Origin: Acidimicrobiales bacterium
GTDB lineage: Bacteria; Actinomycetota; Acidimicrobiia; Acidimicrobiales; VFJN01
NCBI GenBank assembly: GCA_035697515.1
Contig: DASSCS010000085.1
Coordinates: forward strand, 5,575-69,574
DNA length: 64,000 bases
Reading direction: 5' to 3'
Part shown: positions 1 to 10,165 of the stretch, in pieces
How positions within the stretch are numbered: the stretch's first letter is position 1
How the letters are laid out: each line of letters begins with the position of its first letter
Notes under the pieces: generated by a model
Seen by the model: the letters and a program-made list of their open reading frames with translations, nothing else
The model's database searches: none
What the model was told of the DNA's origin: nothing
Made by a program: the position numbers and the translations under genes

Positions 1-1
1 C

Positions 2-316
2 CAGGGCACGCCCGGCCCCGAGGGCTCGATCGGCAAGCTGGCGATGGCCGACGTCCACAAGGACGTCAGTGAGTGTGCGGTCGACCTGCTGGGGGCGGCC
101 GGCACGCTTTTCCCCGCGGGCTACCCGATGGCGCGGCCACGGACCACGGCTCTGTGGGACAACCCGCAGCAGGCGTTCCTGCGGGCGCGGGCCAACTCGA
201 TCGAGGGCGGGACCACCGAGATCATGAAGAACATCCTGGGCGAGCGGGTGCTGGGCCTGCCCGGCGACATCCGTGTCGACAAGGACCGACCCTGGATCGA
301 GGTGCCGCGCTCGTAG
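2..316 (+). CDS. acyl-CoA dehydrogenase family protein, C-terminal end (5' part outside window)
   Basis: The frame is open from the window edge. The tail ...FLRARANSIEGGTTEIMKNILGERVLGLP matches the conserved C-terminal helix of acyl-CoA dehydrogenases. TAG at 314-316. Confidence 0.8.
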   Translation, partial: QGTPGPEGSIGKLAMADVHKDVSECAVDLLGAAGTLFPAGYPMARPRTTALWDNPQQAFLRARANSIEGGTTEIMKNILGERVLGLPGDIRVDKDRPWIEVPRS

Positions 317-532
317 GCGCATGACCCCGGGCCGCGTAGCATCGGGCGCAATGCCCGCTGCTGCCCGGCGCGACCTGCCACGCGCGCGACCGGTCGACGC
401 CCGGCCGACCTGGGCCAACATGAACTTCTCGTGGCCCTCGGCCACACACCGCCGCGCCGAGGTGGGCGTGCTGGGCGACCTCCACCGCACTCGCGCCCCG
501 GTCTGACCACCACCGCCGTCCAGGGATTCGCC

Positions 533-1957
533 TTGCACAAGCGCCGCACGAAGATCGTCGCCACCCTCGGCCCGGCCTCGGGCTCGCCCGAGGTGATCGG
601 CGCCCTGCTCGACGCGGGCATGGACGTGGTGCGCCTCGGCCTGGCCCACGGCACCACGGCCGAGCACCTGGCCGCCATCGATTTGGTGCGCACCCTCGCC
701 GCCGAGCGCGGGCGCCACGTGGGCGTGCTGGCCGACCTGCCGGGGCCCAAGGTGCGCACCGGCGCGTTCCCCGCCGGCGGCGCCTTCCTCGCCGAGGGCG
801 ACGAGGTCACGCTCGCCGCGGGCGAGGGCCCGAGCGACAGCCCCCACATCCAGGTGGACGAGCCCCGCCTGGCCGACGTCGTGGCGCCGGGCGAGACGAT
901 CGTGCTGGGCGACGGCACCGTGGCCCTCGACGTGGTGGCCGTCGAGGGTGGGGTGGTGCGGACGACCGTGAGCAGCGGCGGGCGTCTCCAGGGTCGCCCC
1001 GGCGCCCACCTGCCGTCCGACCGCTGGCTGCCGCCCGTGCCCACCGACGACGACCTGCGACTCATCGACGAGGTGGCCCGCCACGCCGACTGGGTCGCCG
1101 TGTCGTTCGTGCGCACCCCCCAGGAGCTGCACAAGGTGCGCGCCGCCCTCGGCCCGGATGGCCCGCAGCTGATGGCCAAGATCGAGACCCGTGCCGCGGT
1201 CGAGCACCTCGACGACCTGCTGGCCGTGGTCGACGGGGTGATGGTCGCCCGCGGCGACCTCGGCATCGACTTCCCCATCGAGGACGTGCCCCACCTGCAG
1301 AAGCGCATCATCGGGGCGAGCGGTGCCCGGGGGCTGCCGGTGGTGACCGCCACGCAGATGCTCGAGTCGATGGTGTCGGCGCCCACCCCGACCCGGGCCG
1401 AGGCGACCGACGTGGCCAACGCGGTGGTCGACGGCACCGACGCCCTCATGCTGTCGGCCGAGACCGCCATCGGCCACGACCCGGCACTGACGGTGGCCAC
1501 GATGGCGCGCATCGCCGCGCGGGCCGAGCAGTTCGACGACCAGCGCACCGGCGCCTACGAGGTGGGCCTGAGCCAGCGCCGCCCCTCCCGCGAGGCGGTC
1601 ACCGTCGCCATGGCGCACGCGGCGTTGCGGGCCTCCGACGAGTTGAACCTGTCGGCCATCGTTTGCTGCACCCGGGCCGGGCCCACGGCCCGGGCCATGG
1701 CGGCGCTTCGGCCCCTGTGCCGCCTCGTCGGCGCCAGCCCGTCGCTGGCGACCGCCCGCCAGCTCACCCTTTCGTGGGGTGTCGAGCCGCTGGTCGTCGA
1801 CGAGTACCGCACCACCGACGAGATGGTGTGGTGCGTGGTCGAGGCTGCGGTCGCCGCCGCCATGGTCCACCACGGCGACGTCATCGCGGTGCTGGCGGGC
1901 GCGCCTGACGCCGAGCCGCGCACCACCGACGTGCTCCGCGTCGTGAACGTCGAGTAG
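533..1957 (+). CDS. pyk: pyruvate kinase
   Basis: KRRTKIVATLGPAS, MDVVRLGLAHGT, MAKIETRAAV and MVARGDLGI are pyruvate kinase motifs. The ORF opens at GTG 431 but homology begins near 540, so I chose the in-frame TTG at 533. The start is uncertain. Confidence 0.9.
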   Translation: MHKRRTKIVATLGPASGSPEVIGALLDAGMDVVRLGLAHGTTAEHLAAIDLVRTLAAERGRHVGVLADLPGPKVRTGAFPAGGAFLAEGDEVTLAAGEGPSDSPHIQVDEPRLADVVAPGETIVLGDGTVALDVVAVEGGVVRTTVSSGGRLQGRPGAHLPSDRWLPPVPTDDDLRLIDEVARHADWVAVSFVRTPQELHKVRAALGPDGPQLMAKIETRAAVEHLDDLLAVVDGVMVARGDLGIDFPIEDVPHLQKRIIGASGARGLPVVTATQMLESMVSAPTPTRAEATDVANAVVDGTDALMLSAETAIGHDPALTVATMARIAARAEQFDDQRTGAYEVGLSQRRPSREAVTVAMAHAALRASDELNLSAIVCCTRAGPTARAMAALRPLCRLVGASPSLATARQLTLSWGVEPLVVDEYRTTDEMVWCVVEAAVAAAMVHHGDVIAVLAGAPDAEPRTTDVLRVVNVE

Positions 1958-1961
1958 CCCG

Positions 1962-2834
1962 GTGGCGATGGACCGGCGCACGTGGACGGTCGGCTCGGGC
2001 ATCTGGGCGCAGGAGGTGGGGGAGGGGCCGCTCGTCGCGCTCGTCCACGGGTCGATGGACCGCTCGGGCGGCATGCTGCGGGTGCGGCGCCTCCTGCAGG
2101 AGTCGTACCGCGTCCTGCGCTACGACCGCCGCGGGTACGCCCGCTCGCTGGGTGCCGGCCCGCCCTCGTCGTTCGACGAGCAGGTCGACGACCTGGCGGG
2201 GCTGCTCGCCGGGCGACCGGCGGTGGTGGTGGGGCACAGCTTCGGTGGGATCGTGTGCCTGGCGCTGGCCGAGCGCCGGCCCGAGCTGGTGCGGGCCGTG
2301 CTGGCGTACGAGGCACCGAAGCTGTGGGCCCCATGGTGGCCAGGCAGCTCCGCGGGCCGAGGTGCCCTGGCCGTCGCCCGCGCCGGGGCGGGCGCCACCG
2401 AGCCAGTCGCGTCCGGTGACACCCCGGGTGATGCCGGCGCCCGGGCCGTGTCCAACCAGTCCGAGCTGGGGGCCGAGGCCGCCGAGTGGTTCCTGCGGCG
2501 CATGATCGGGGATGCCATGTGGGAGCGGCTGCCGGCCACCATGCGGGCCGAGCGCCGCGCCGAGGGGCCGACCCTCGTGGCCGAGATGGCCTCGGTGCGG
2601 CCGCCCGCGCCCCCGCCCTTCGACGCCGCGGCCATCCCGGTACCGGTGGTGGCCGTCCACGGCTCCGAGGCCCGGCCCCATCACGTGCGGGCGACAGGCG
2701 AGCTGGCGCGGTCCGCGCCCCGGGCCGAGCTGCAGGTGATCGCGGGCGCTGACCACGGCGCCCACCTCTCGCACCCGGTCGAGCTGGCCGACCTCGTCCG
2801 CCGCGCGGCGGCGCTCGCCGACGGGCGGTCGTGA
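1962..2834 (+). CDS. alpha/beta hydrolase
   Basis: LVALVHGSMDRSG (oxyanion region), nucleophile elbow VVVGHSFGG, and C-terminal GADHGAHLSHP (His). Confidence 0.8.
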   Translation: MAMDRRTWTVGSGIWAQEVGEGPLVALVHGSMDRSGGMLRVRRLLQESYRVLRYDRRGYARSLGAGPPSSFDEQVDDLAGLLAGRPAVVVGHSFGGIVCLALAERRPELVRAVLAYEAPKLWAPWWPGSSAGRGALAVARAGAGATEPVASGDTPGDAGARAVSNQSELGAEAAEWFLRRMIGDAMWERLPATMRAERRAEGPTLVAEMASVRPPAPPPFDAAAIPVPVVAVHGSEARPHHVRATGELARSAPRAELQVIAGADHGAHLSHPVELADLVRRAAALADGRS

Positions 2835-2970
2835 GCCGAAGCGGGTCGGAACACGAGCCCGGGGCCCGCGGCGGTCACCGGGCCGCCGTCGCCGACCCGC
2901 TGCCCCCACACGATGCCGAACCACGGGCTGCGCCCCGGTAGCATCTCGATTCCCCAGCCAGCGCGGGCCG

Positions 2971-5760
2971 ATGATCTACCACTTCGCCGACCATGAGCTC
3001 GACACCCGCTGCTTCGAGCTGCGTCGTCGGGGGTCCGACGGGTCGGTCGCCATGGAGCCCCAGGTCTTCGATGTGCTCCGCTACCTGGTCGAGCACGCCG
3101 ACCGGGTGGTGACCAAGGACGAGGTGCTCGACGAGGTGTGGGGCACCCGGTTCGTGACCGAGTCGACCCTCACCTCCCGCATCAAGGACGCCCGCAGGGC
3201 GGTGGGCGACGACGGGCGCAGCCAGAAGATCATCCGCACCGTCCACGGCCGGGGGTACCGGCTCGTCGTCCCCGTCGTCAGGCGACCGGACGTGGACGCC
3301 CCGGCGCCGGAGGCCGCCGCGCCGCCCGCGCCCGGCGACGCCGGCCGGCCGGGGCTCCTGGAGCGCGGCAGCCAGCTCGCCACCCTGACCGCCGTGCTCG
3401 ACGACGCACGGTCCCGGTCGGCGGGCGGCGTCGCGCTCGTCACCGGCGAGGCCGGGCTGGGTAAGACGACGCTGGTGCGGGCCTTTGCGGAGGTGGCCAG
3501 GGACCGGGGCGTGCGGGTCCTGGCGGGAGGGTGCGACGACCTGGTCACCCCCCGGACGATGGGCCCGCTGCGCGACATCGCCGGCGACCTGGGCGGGCGG
3601 CTCGCCGACGCCTTCGTGAGCGGCGCCGACGTCGAGGACGTGTTCGCCGCCCTGCCCGACGTCCTCGCCGAGGCGCCCACGGTGCTGGTCGTCGAGGACC
3701 TGCACTGGGCGGACGACGCCACCCTCGACGTCGTCCGCTTCCTGGCCCGCCGGACCACGACCCTGCCCACCGTGCTGGTCGTCACCTACCGCGAGGAGGA
3801 GGTCGCGGGCGGCCATCGGTTGCGCCGGGTGCTGGGCAGCCTGACGGGCGAGTCGGTGCGCCGCATCGCCCTCCAGCCGCTGTCGCTCGACGCCGTCGCG
3901 GCGATGGCGGGTGACGTCGGTGTGCCGGCGGGCGAGCTGCACGCCATCACCCGCGGGAACCCCTTCTTCGTCAGCGAGGTCCTGGCCGCCGGCGAGCTAC
4001 GCGTTCCGCCCACGGTGAGCGACGCCGTGCTCAGCCGGGTCGACGCGCTGGGCCCCGCGGCCCGCCGCCTGCTCCGGCACGCCGCCGTCATCCCCTCGCG
4101 GGCCGAGCGCCGGCTGCTGGCGGCGCTGGTGCCAGACGCCCACGTCGCGAGCGACGAGGCCGAGCAGGCGGGCGTCCTGGGCGGCGACGCGGGCCACGTG
4201 TGGTTCCGCCACGAGCTGGCCCGGCAGGCGGTGGAGGAGTCGCTGACGGCCGCCGAGCGGGCCCTGCTCAACCAGCGGGTCCTCGGCGTGCTGGCCGGAC
4301 AGAACGTGCGGGAGCCGTCCCGTCTCGTCCACCACGCCGAGCGGGCGGGTGACATCGCGGCCGTCCTCGAGCACGCCCCCGTCGCCGCCGACGAGGCCAT
4401 CCACCTGGGCTCGTACTCCCAGGCCATCCATCACCTCGAGCTCCTGCTCGCGCACGCCGACCGGCTCGGTGAGCGGACCGTCGCGGTGTGCTCGAGCCAG
4501 CTCTCCTATGCCCTCTACATGGTCAACCGCTTCGCGGACTCGGCCCGGGCCGGGCGGCGGGGCGTCGCCGCGGCCGAGGCGGCGGGCGACCCCGCGGTGC
4601 TCGCCGACGCGCTCCGGTGGCTGTCCCGGACGCTCTACTGGTCGGACGGACCGTGCGCCGCCGCGGCGGCGATCGCGAAGGCACTGCCCCTGCTCGAGCA
4701 GCTCGGCGACCCGGCTCGCTTGGCGAGCGTCCACGCCGAGCTGGCCCGGACCCGCAGCGACCTCGTGACCGTCGGGCCGGTCGCCGAGCCCGACCCGGTG
4801 GTGGTCGAGCATGCGGAACGATCCCTCGAACTGGCCGAGCGCCTGGGCGACGCCGCCCTCCGCTGCCACGCGGTGCAATACCGGGGCACCGGCCGCCTGG
4901 CGCTCGGTGACGCCGGCGGGGCCGACGACCTGGCGCTCGCGGTCGAGCTCGCCGGCCTCGACGGGCGCGACGAGCTGCCGGCCCGGGCCTGCGTCAACGC
5001 GGCGGGCGGCAGCTTCCGGGCGGGGCGCCTCGACGACGCCGAGCGCTATGTGCGGCTCGGTCTCGACCGGGCGACGGGCGGCGAGTTCACCGCGGGGGCG
5101 TACCGCCTCGAGCTCACGCTGCAGGGCGTGCGCCTCAGCCGCGGCCAGTGGGACCAGGCCGAGGCCGGCCTGCGCGCGCTCGTCGAGTGGCCCGGCGAGC
5201 CCGGCATCATGCGCCCGCTCGCCGCGTCCCTGCTGGTGCGCCTGCTCGCCCGGCGGGGGCGCCACCAGCAGGCCGCTGCCGCCCTGCAACCGGCCGTGGC
5301 GGCCACGGCCGCGTCGCGGGAGGTCGCGCTCGTCGGGCCCGTCTCCGCCGCGGCGTTGGAGGCGGCCTGGCTGGGCGGGCGGCCCGGCGAGATGCCCGCC
5401 CTCGCCGCGCCGGCTCTGGCGCTCGCTGCCGAGGCCGGGCACCGCACCAGCGAAGCAGAGCTCGCCCGCTACCTGCAGCGGGCTGGGCACGCGGTGGTGG
5501 CACCGGACGGCGCGGCCGGGCCGTGGGCGGCGGGCCTGGCGGGGCGGTGGCGGGACGCCGCCGAGGCCTGGGCGGCGCTCGGATGCCGCTACGAGCGGGC
5601 GGTCGAGCTGGCGCTGGCGCCCGACGCCGGTGCCCGCTCGGCGGGACGGGGCGAGCTCGAGGCGCTCGGCGCGGCCGGTGCCCTGGCGGTCGTCGACCGG
5701 GGGTCGCCGGAGCGATCGCGGGCACTGCCGGATCCGCCGGTCGGCGGCGTCCTTCACTGA
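2971..5760 (+). CDS. large ATP-binding transcriptional regulator (OmpR/PhoB-type winged helix + STAND/AAA ATPase + helical repeat C-terminus)
   Basis: N-terminal EPQVFDVLRYLVEH...TVHGRGYRLV (wHTH), Walker A GEAGLGKTT, Walker B-like VLVVEDLHWAD, then about 500 aa of Ala/Leu-rich TPR-like repeats. Confidence 0.8.
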   Translation: MIYHFADHELDTRCFELRRRGSDGSVAMEPQVFDVLRYLVEHADRVVTKDEVLDEVWGTRFVTESTLTSRIKDARRAVGDDGRSQKIIRTVHGRGYRLVVPVVRRPDVDAPAPEAAAPPAPGDAGRPGLLERGSQLATLTAVLDDARSRSAGGVALVTGEAGLGKTTLVRAFAEVARDRGVRVLAGGCDDLVTPRTMGPLRDIAGDLGGRLADAFVSGADVEDVFAALPDVLAEAPTVLVVEDLHWADDATLDVVRFLARRTTTLPTVLVVTYREEEVAGGHRLRRVLGSLTGESVRRIALQPLSLDAVAAMAGDVGVPAGELHAITRGNPFFVSEVLAAGELRVPPTVSDAVLSRVDALGPAARRLLRHAAVIPSRAERRLLAALVPDAHVASDEAEQAGVLGGDAGHVWFRHELARQAVEESLTAAERALLNQRVLGVLAGQNVREPSRLVHHAERAGDIAAVLEHAPVAADEAIHLGSYSQAIHHLELLLAHADRLGERTVAVCSSQLSYALYMVNRFADSARAGRRGVAAAEAAGDPAVLADALRWLSRTLYWSDGPCAAAAAIAKALPLLEQLGDPARLASVHAELARTRSDLVTVGPVAEPDPVVVEHAERSLELAERLGDAALRCHAVQYRGTGRLALGDAGGADDLALAVELAGLDGRDELPARACVNAAGGSFRAGRLDDAERYVRLGLDRATGGEFTAGAYRLELTLQGVRLSRGQWDQAEAGLRALVEWPGEPGIMRPLAASLLVRLLARRGRHQQAAAALQPAVAATAASREVALVGPVSAAALEAAWLGGRPGEMPALAAPALALAAEAGHRTSEAELARYLQRAGHAVVAPDGAAGPWAAGLAGRWRDAAEAWAALGCRYERAVELALAPDAGARSAGRGELEALGAAGALAVVDRGSPERSRALPDPPVGGVLH

Positions 5761-5766
5761 CCTTCG

Positions 5767-6453
5767 TCAGGTCAGGGCTTCGTCGAGGGCAGCCACGGCC
5801 AGGAGGCGTGTGGAGTCCAGCGTGGGGATCGGCGAGTCCCCAGAGCCGATGAGCAGCGGGATCTCGGTGCAGGCGAGCGCGACGGCGTCGCAGCCGCGGG
5901 CCTGGAGCCGTGCGATCACGGCTTGATAGGTGCGTCGAGATGCGTCGGTCACCACGCCGTCGACGAGCTCGGAGAAGATGATGCCGTCGACGAGCTCGCG
6001 GTCCTCCGGTGGGGGGGCGGCGACCTCGATCGCCATCGCCGAGAGCGTGTCGCGGTAGACGGGCCCGTCCATGGTGAAGCGCGTTCCCAGCACGCCCACC
6101 CGCCGGTAGCCGCAGCGTGCGGCCTCGTCGCCGACCACCTTCGCGATGTGGAGCCAGGGAAGCGGGGTGGCGGCTTGGACCTGGTCCCAGGCCAGGTGCG
6201 CCGAGTTGTCGGGACAGATCAGGAAGTCGGCGCCGGCACCGGCGAGGAGGCGGGCGGAGTCGAGCATCACCGCCGCAACGCCGTCGAGGTCCCCGGCGTC
6301 GAACGCCGGCATCCACGCGGCGAGCGGGATGGAGTCGAGGGTGATGCGGGGGTGGTCGTTCTTGCCGACCGCCTCGAGGGCCTGTTCGCAAATCGCCCGG
6401 TAGCAGAGCGCGGCGCCCTCCGCGCTGCAGGCGACGATGCCGATGTGCTTCAT
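5767..6453 (-). CDS. aspartate/glutamate racemase family protein
   Basis: The real gene is the last 228 codons of track ORF 5767..7071, starting MKHIGIVACSAEGAALCY (ATG complement at 6451-6453). Motifs FLICPDNSAH and ALACTEIPLL match the two-Cys racemase fold. Confidence 0.8.
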   Translation of the reverse strand: MKHIGIVACSAEGAALCYRAICEQALEAVGKNDHPRITLDSIPLAAWMPAFDAGDLDGVAAVMLDSARLLAGAGADFLICPDNSAHLAWDQVQAATPLPWLHIAKVVGDEAARCGYRRVGVLGTRFTMDGPVYRDTLSAMAIEVAAPPPEDRELVDGIIFSELVDGVVTDASRRTYQAVIARLQARGCDAVALACTEIPLLIGSGDSPIPTLDSTRLLAVAALDEALT

Positions 6454-6622
6454 GTCGTAGCCGCTCCGGCCATGGGCCCACGCTGCCAGATCGGCCCCGT
6501 CGACCGGAACACGATTCGCGCTGGGCGGGGCCCGCCCGGCGCGCGTTTCGGACCCCGGGGCCGGCACGGCAGGATTGACCACGGCGACCTCGGGCGAAAC
6601 GCCCAGACTCGAGGAGACGGCG

Positions 6623-7561
6623 ATGGTGATCATGGGACGGTGGCGGCGGCGGAGGCAGGCGGGACCGGTCGCCTTCGTGCTGTCGGGTGGCGGCAACCTG
6701 GGCGCGCTCCAGATCGGCATGCTGCGTGCCCTGGTCGAGCGCGGGGTGCGCCCGGACCTTGTCGTCGGGTGCTCGGTCGGGGCCATCAACGGCGCGGCGC
6801 TGGCCGAGGACCCCGGGCCGGCGGGTGTGGCGCGCATGGAGCGGCTGTGGAGCGAGCTCGACGGCAAGGACCTGATGCCCAGCGGGATCCTGCCCCGGGC
6901 GGTGGCGCTCGCCCGCAAGGGCGAGGCCATCCACGACAACGAGGGGCTGAGGCGGGCGCTCGAGCAGCACCTGAGTGCCCGGACGTTCGAGGAGCTGGCG
7001 GTGCCGTTCCACTGCGTGGCCACCGACGTTCTGGGCGTGCGCGAGGTGTGGTTCTCGTCGGGCCCGCTCATCGAGCCGATCCTCGCCTCGTCCGCCCTGC
7101 CGGCCGTCTACCCCGCGGTCGAGATCGACGGCGTGCGCTACCTGGACGGGGCGATCGTCGACGACGTGCCGATGGGCCGCGCCGTCGAGCTGGGCGCCCG
7201 CACGATCTACGTGCTGCAGGTGGCCGCGTTCTCGCGTCCCCGCCCCGAGCCCCGCCGGCCGCTCGACGTCGCCGTCCAGTCGTACTGGCTGGCCCGCCAC
7301 CACCGGTTCAAGTCCGAGCTGGCCGCGGTGCCGCCCGACGTGGTGGTGCACCTCCTGCCCACCGGGCAGACGCCCGCGATGCGCTACAACGACTTCACCC
7401 GCTCGGCCGAGCTGATCGAGCTGGCCTACCAGGCGTCGACCGACTACCTGGCGGGCCGCCCCTCGCGTCCCGAGATGCCGGCCGGCGGGCCGGCGGCCGA
7501 GGGCGAGGCGGGGGGCGGGGGCGCGGTCGCGCGCGCCGGGGCGCTCGGACCAGCAGAATGA
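6623..7561 (+). CDS. patatin-like phospholipase
   Basis: FVLSGGGNLGA (oxyanion hole), GCSVGA (GxSxG) and YLDGAIVDD (catalytic Asp). ATG 6623 is preceded by GAGGAG at 6611-6616. The track ORF opens at TTG 6575. Confidence 0.85.
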   Translation: MVIMGRWRRRRQAGPVAFVLSGGGNLGALQIGMLRALVERGVRPDLVVGCSVGAINGAALAEDPGPAGVARMERLWSELDGKDLMPSGILPRAVALARKGEAIHDNEGLRRALEQHLSARTFEELAVPFHCVATDVLGVREVWFSSGPLIEPILASSALPAVYPAVEIDGVRYLDGAIVDDVPMGRAVELGARTIYVLQVAAFSRPRPEPRRPLDVAVQSYWLARHHRFKSELAAVPPDVVVHLLPTGQTPAMRYNDFTRSAELIELAYQASTDYLAGRPSRPEMPAGGPAAEGEAGGGGAVARAGALGPAE

Positions 7562-7565
7562 CGGG

Positions 7566-8006
7566 GTGACCGACTCGCCCGTGAACCTGACCCCCGGCGG
7601 CCCGCCCGAGACCGTCCTCGACGACGAGCCCGCCGACGCCCTGGCCGCGCTCGACGCCGCGCTGGCCGAGCCCGTCGACCGCCGGCGTGCCGCCGTGGCC
7701 GACGTGGTCGCGCGCTGGCCCCGCTTCCTCGACGCGTGGGCGCGGCTCGGCGGGCTCGGGCGCGACGACGTTGAGTGCTACGCATACCACCGGGTCGGCT
7801 ACCACCGTGGCCTCGACCGGCTGCGCGCCAACGGCTGGCGGGGTTCGGGCTACGTCCGCTGGCGCCAGGCGCAGAACCGCGGCTTCCTGCGGGCGCTCGA
7901 CGGCCTCCGGGCCAGCGCCGACGCCATCGGCGAGCGAGACGAGGCCGAGCGGTGCGCGCTGTTCCTGCGCCAACTCGACCCCGACTGGCCCCCGGCCCGG
8001 GGCTGA
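7566..8006 (+). CDS. DUF3151-like conserved actinobacterial protein
   Basis: ECYAYHRVGYHRGLDRLRANGWRGSGYVRW...NRGFLRAL...ERCALFLRQLDP recalls the DUF3151 family. High GC3. Confidence 0.65.
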   Translation: MTDSPVNLTPGGPPETVLDDEPADALAALDAALAEPVDRRRAAVADVVARWPRFLDAWARLGGLGRDDVECYAYHRVGYHRGLDRLRANGWRGSGYVRWRQAQNRGFLRALDGLRASADAIGERDEAERCALFLRQLDPDWPPARG

Positions 8007-8138
8007 GCGATCGCGACGCGCTCGGGCCCGCTCGGCCCGGCGCGGTCCGCACCCACCGGCGCGCGCACGGTCTATGTCTGCCGATCCGGGGACCTTCGGC
8101 CCTGGCTCGACGGGCGGTGCCGCCCCGAAAGTGGGTGC

Positions 8139-9278
8139 ATGGAGCGTGATCCCATCTCGACCACGCCGGGAGTTCCGACAACGTCGTGGCTGCTCACCGA
8201 GCAGTCGCCCGACGGCGCTGCCACGCCGTTCGTGGCCCGCATCGCCAGTGTCGGGCGCCGGCTCCCTCCGACGCACCTGCCGACCGACGAGCTGATGGCG
8301 TCCACCCGCCACCGGACGCGGGTCGACCTCGAGCGCCTGACCGGCATCCGCGACCGCCGCGTGTCGGCCGGCGACGAGGACTCCCTGAGCCTGGCCGTCG
8401 ACGCCGCCCGCGACTGCCTCTCCCGCGCCGGCCGCCGCGCCGAGGACATCGACCTGGTCGTGAGCTGCAGCATCACCAAGTACCGGGGCGGCCTGGTGCA
8501 ATGGCTCGAGCCGACGACCGCCCTGGCCGTCGCCCGGGCCATCGGCGCGACCGGGGCCACCACGTTCGACCTGTCGAACGCGTGCGCTGGCACGCTCAGC
8601 GGCGTGCTGGTGGCCAACAACTGGGTGCGCCGGGGCGCGATCCGGCGGGCGCTGGTGGTCAGCGGTGAGTACATCTCGCAGCTCACCAACAACGCGGCCC
8701 GGCACGTGCGCTCGATCGTGAGCCGCGAGCTGGCCTCCCTGACGCTGGGCGACGCGGGCGGGGCGGTGCTGGTCGAACGGGCGGAGGAGGGCCAGCCAGG
8801 GATCATGTTCGCCGGCTTCACGACCGTTGCCGACCACAGCCGCCTGTGCCTGGCGTATCCGGCGCATCACCACCCCGGGGCCAGGATGTTCACGAAGTCC
8901 CGGGCGATCCAGCAGGTGGCCATCGCCGACACGCCTGCCCTGCTGCGAGAGGCGCTCGACGCCGCCGGCCTCCGCATCGACGACATCGACCACGTGATCC
9001 CGCACCAGACGTCCGCGCGGGCGATCCGCAAGGGCATGGCCGAGATGTCCGACGCCCTCGGCGGCGCGCCCCGCAACCCCGTGGTCGTGACCGTCGACCG
9101 CTACGGCAACACGGCCTCGACCACCCACGTCGTCGCCCTCGTGGAGGAGCTCGAGGCCGGGCGCGTTCGTCCGGGTGACCGCGTCGCCCTGGTGGCGCTG
9201 GCCTCGGGGCTCGAGATCGGCGTGGTCCTATTCACCGTCGACGAAGGGTTGGTGGCCTGCCATGACGACGCGCATTGA
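8139..9278 (+). CDS. 3-oxoacyl-ACP synthase III (FabH/KAS III) family protein
   Basis: DLSNACAGTLSG (Cys), HVIPHQTSARAI (His) and VDRYGNTASTT (Asn) place the KAS III triad in context. Confidence 0.85.
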   Translation: MERDPISTTPGVPTTSWLLTEQSPDGAATPFVARIASVGRRLPPTHLPTDELMASTRHRTRVDLERLTGIRDRRVSAGDEDSLSLAVDAARDCLSRAGRRAEDIDLVVSCSITKYRGGLVQWLEPTTALAVARAIGATGATTFDLSNACAGTLSGVLVANNWVRRGAIRRALVVSGEYISQLTNNAARHVRSIVSRELASLTLGDAGGAVLVERAEEGQPGIMFAGFTTVADHSRLCLAYPAHHHPGARMFTKSRAIQQVAIADTPALLREALDAAGLRIDDIDHVIPHQTSARAIRKGMAEMSDALGGAPRNPVVVTVDRYGNTASTTHVVALVEELEAGRVRPGDRVALVALASGLEIGVVLFTVDEGLVACHDDAH

Positions 9279-10143
9279 GGCCGTGGCGACCGTCGAGGGC
9301 GGCCGCTGGCACGGGCGGAGCGCCCGCAAGCTGACCGACGCGGCCGCCGCCCGGGCGCTCGACCGCGCCGGGCTGGCCTCGGACGACGTCGACCTGCTCG
9401 TCAACGCCGGGCTCTACCACGACCGCATCCTCGGCGAACCCGCCCTGGCCGCCCTGATCCAGGAGGACATCGGGGCCAACCCGGAGGACCCGCACGAGGG
9501 GCACCACGGCACCTTCTCCTTCGACGTGGCCAACGGGTCCTGCGGCATGCTCACGGGCCTGATGGTGGCCGATGGCTTCCTGCGGGCGGGGACCGTGCGC
9601 CATGCGCTCATCGTGGCCGGCGACGCCGATCCCGGGCACCGGCTGGCGCCCGGGTTCCCGTTCGCCCCCACGGGCGGGGCGATCGTCTGCGGCTGGGACG
9701 ACGGCCCCGGCGGCGTGGTCGACATCCGCCTCGCCAACCAGGTGCCGGGCGACGGCGCCGACTTCCGCGCCACGGTGGCCCTCCGCGGCCGCCGGAACAC
9801 CCTCGCGATCGACGAGGACCCGGGCTTCGCCGCCGCGGCCGGTTCCTGGGCGGCCGAGGTGGCGGCCAAGCTCCTGGCCGATCACGGGCTGGCGGCCCGT
9901 GACCTCGACCTCGTCGTCGCCAACCCGCTGACCGAGGCGTTCCTCGACGCCCTGGGCCACGACCTCGGTGTGCCGGCCGACCGCCTGGTGGCGCCGCCTG
10001 CCGGGCGCGCGGCCGGTCACACTGCGGGGCTCGCCGTGGCGCTCGGGGACGCGGTCGGGGCCGGCCGGCTGGCCGGACCGACGACCCTGCTCGTGTCGGC
10101 CGGCGCCGGGCTGACCGCCGGGGTCGCCCTGGTGCGCAGCTGA
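9262..10143 (+). CDS. KAS III-like protein, probably catalytically degenerate partner
   Basis: FDVANGSCGMLTGLMVADGFLRAG...ALIVAGD is a thiolase/KAS III fold. ATG 9262 overlaps the upstream stop by 17 nt. No obvious His/Asn at the aligned positions (LVVANPLTE, AAGHTAGLAV). Confidence 0.7.
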   Translation: MTTRIEAVATVEGGRWHGRSARKLTDAAAARALDRAGLASDDVDLLVNAGLYHDRILGEPALAALIQEDIGANPEDPHEGHHGTFSFDVANGSCGMLTGLMVADGFLRAGTVRHALIVAGDADPGHRLAPGFPFAPTGGAIVCGWDDGPGGVVDIRLANQVPGDGADFRATVALRGRRNTLAIDEDPGFAAAAGSWAAEVAAKLLADHGLAARDLDLVVANPLTEAFLDALGHDLGVPADRLVAPPAGRAAGHTAGLAVALGDAVGAGRLAGPTTLLVSAGAGLTAGVALVRS

Positions 10144-10165
10144 CGGGAGGGCGGTGGCCCGCCCG

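Noticed and set aside
121-1548. 475-aa minus-strand ORF antisense to pyruvate kinase. Many similar long ORFs fall in the same class, e.g. 2875..3942-, 3997..5757-, 5207..7351-, 7395..9128-, 12504..13910-, 34175..36244-, 40590..42317-, 42948..44684-, 56137..58998- and 58166..60085-.
   Set aside because: Their composition is Arg/Pro/Gly/Ala-rich and lacks motifs. Each lies fully opposite, or out of frame to, a gene with clear family signatures. These are typical shadow ORFs of high-GC DNA, where stop codons are rare.
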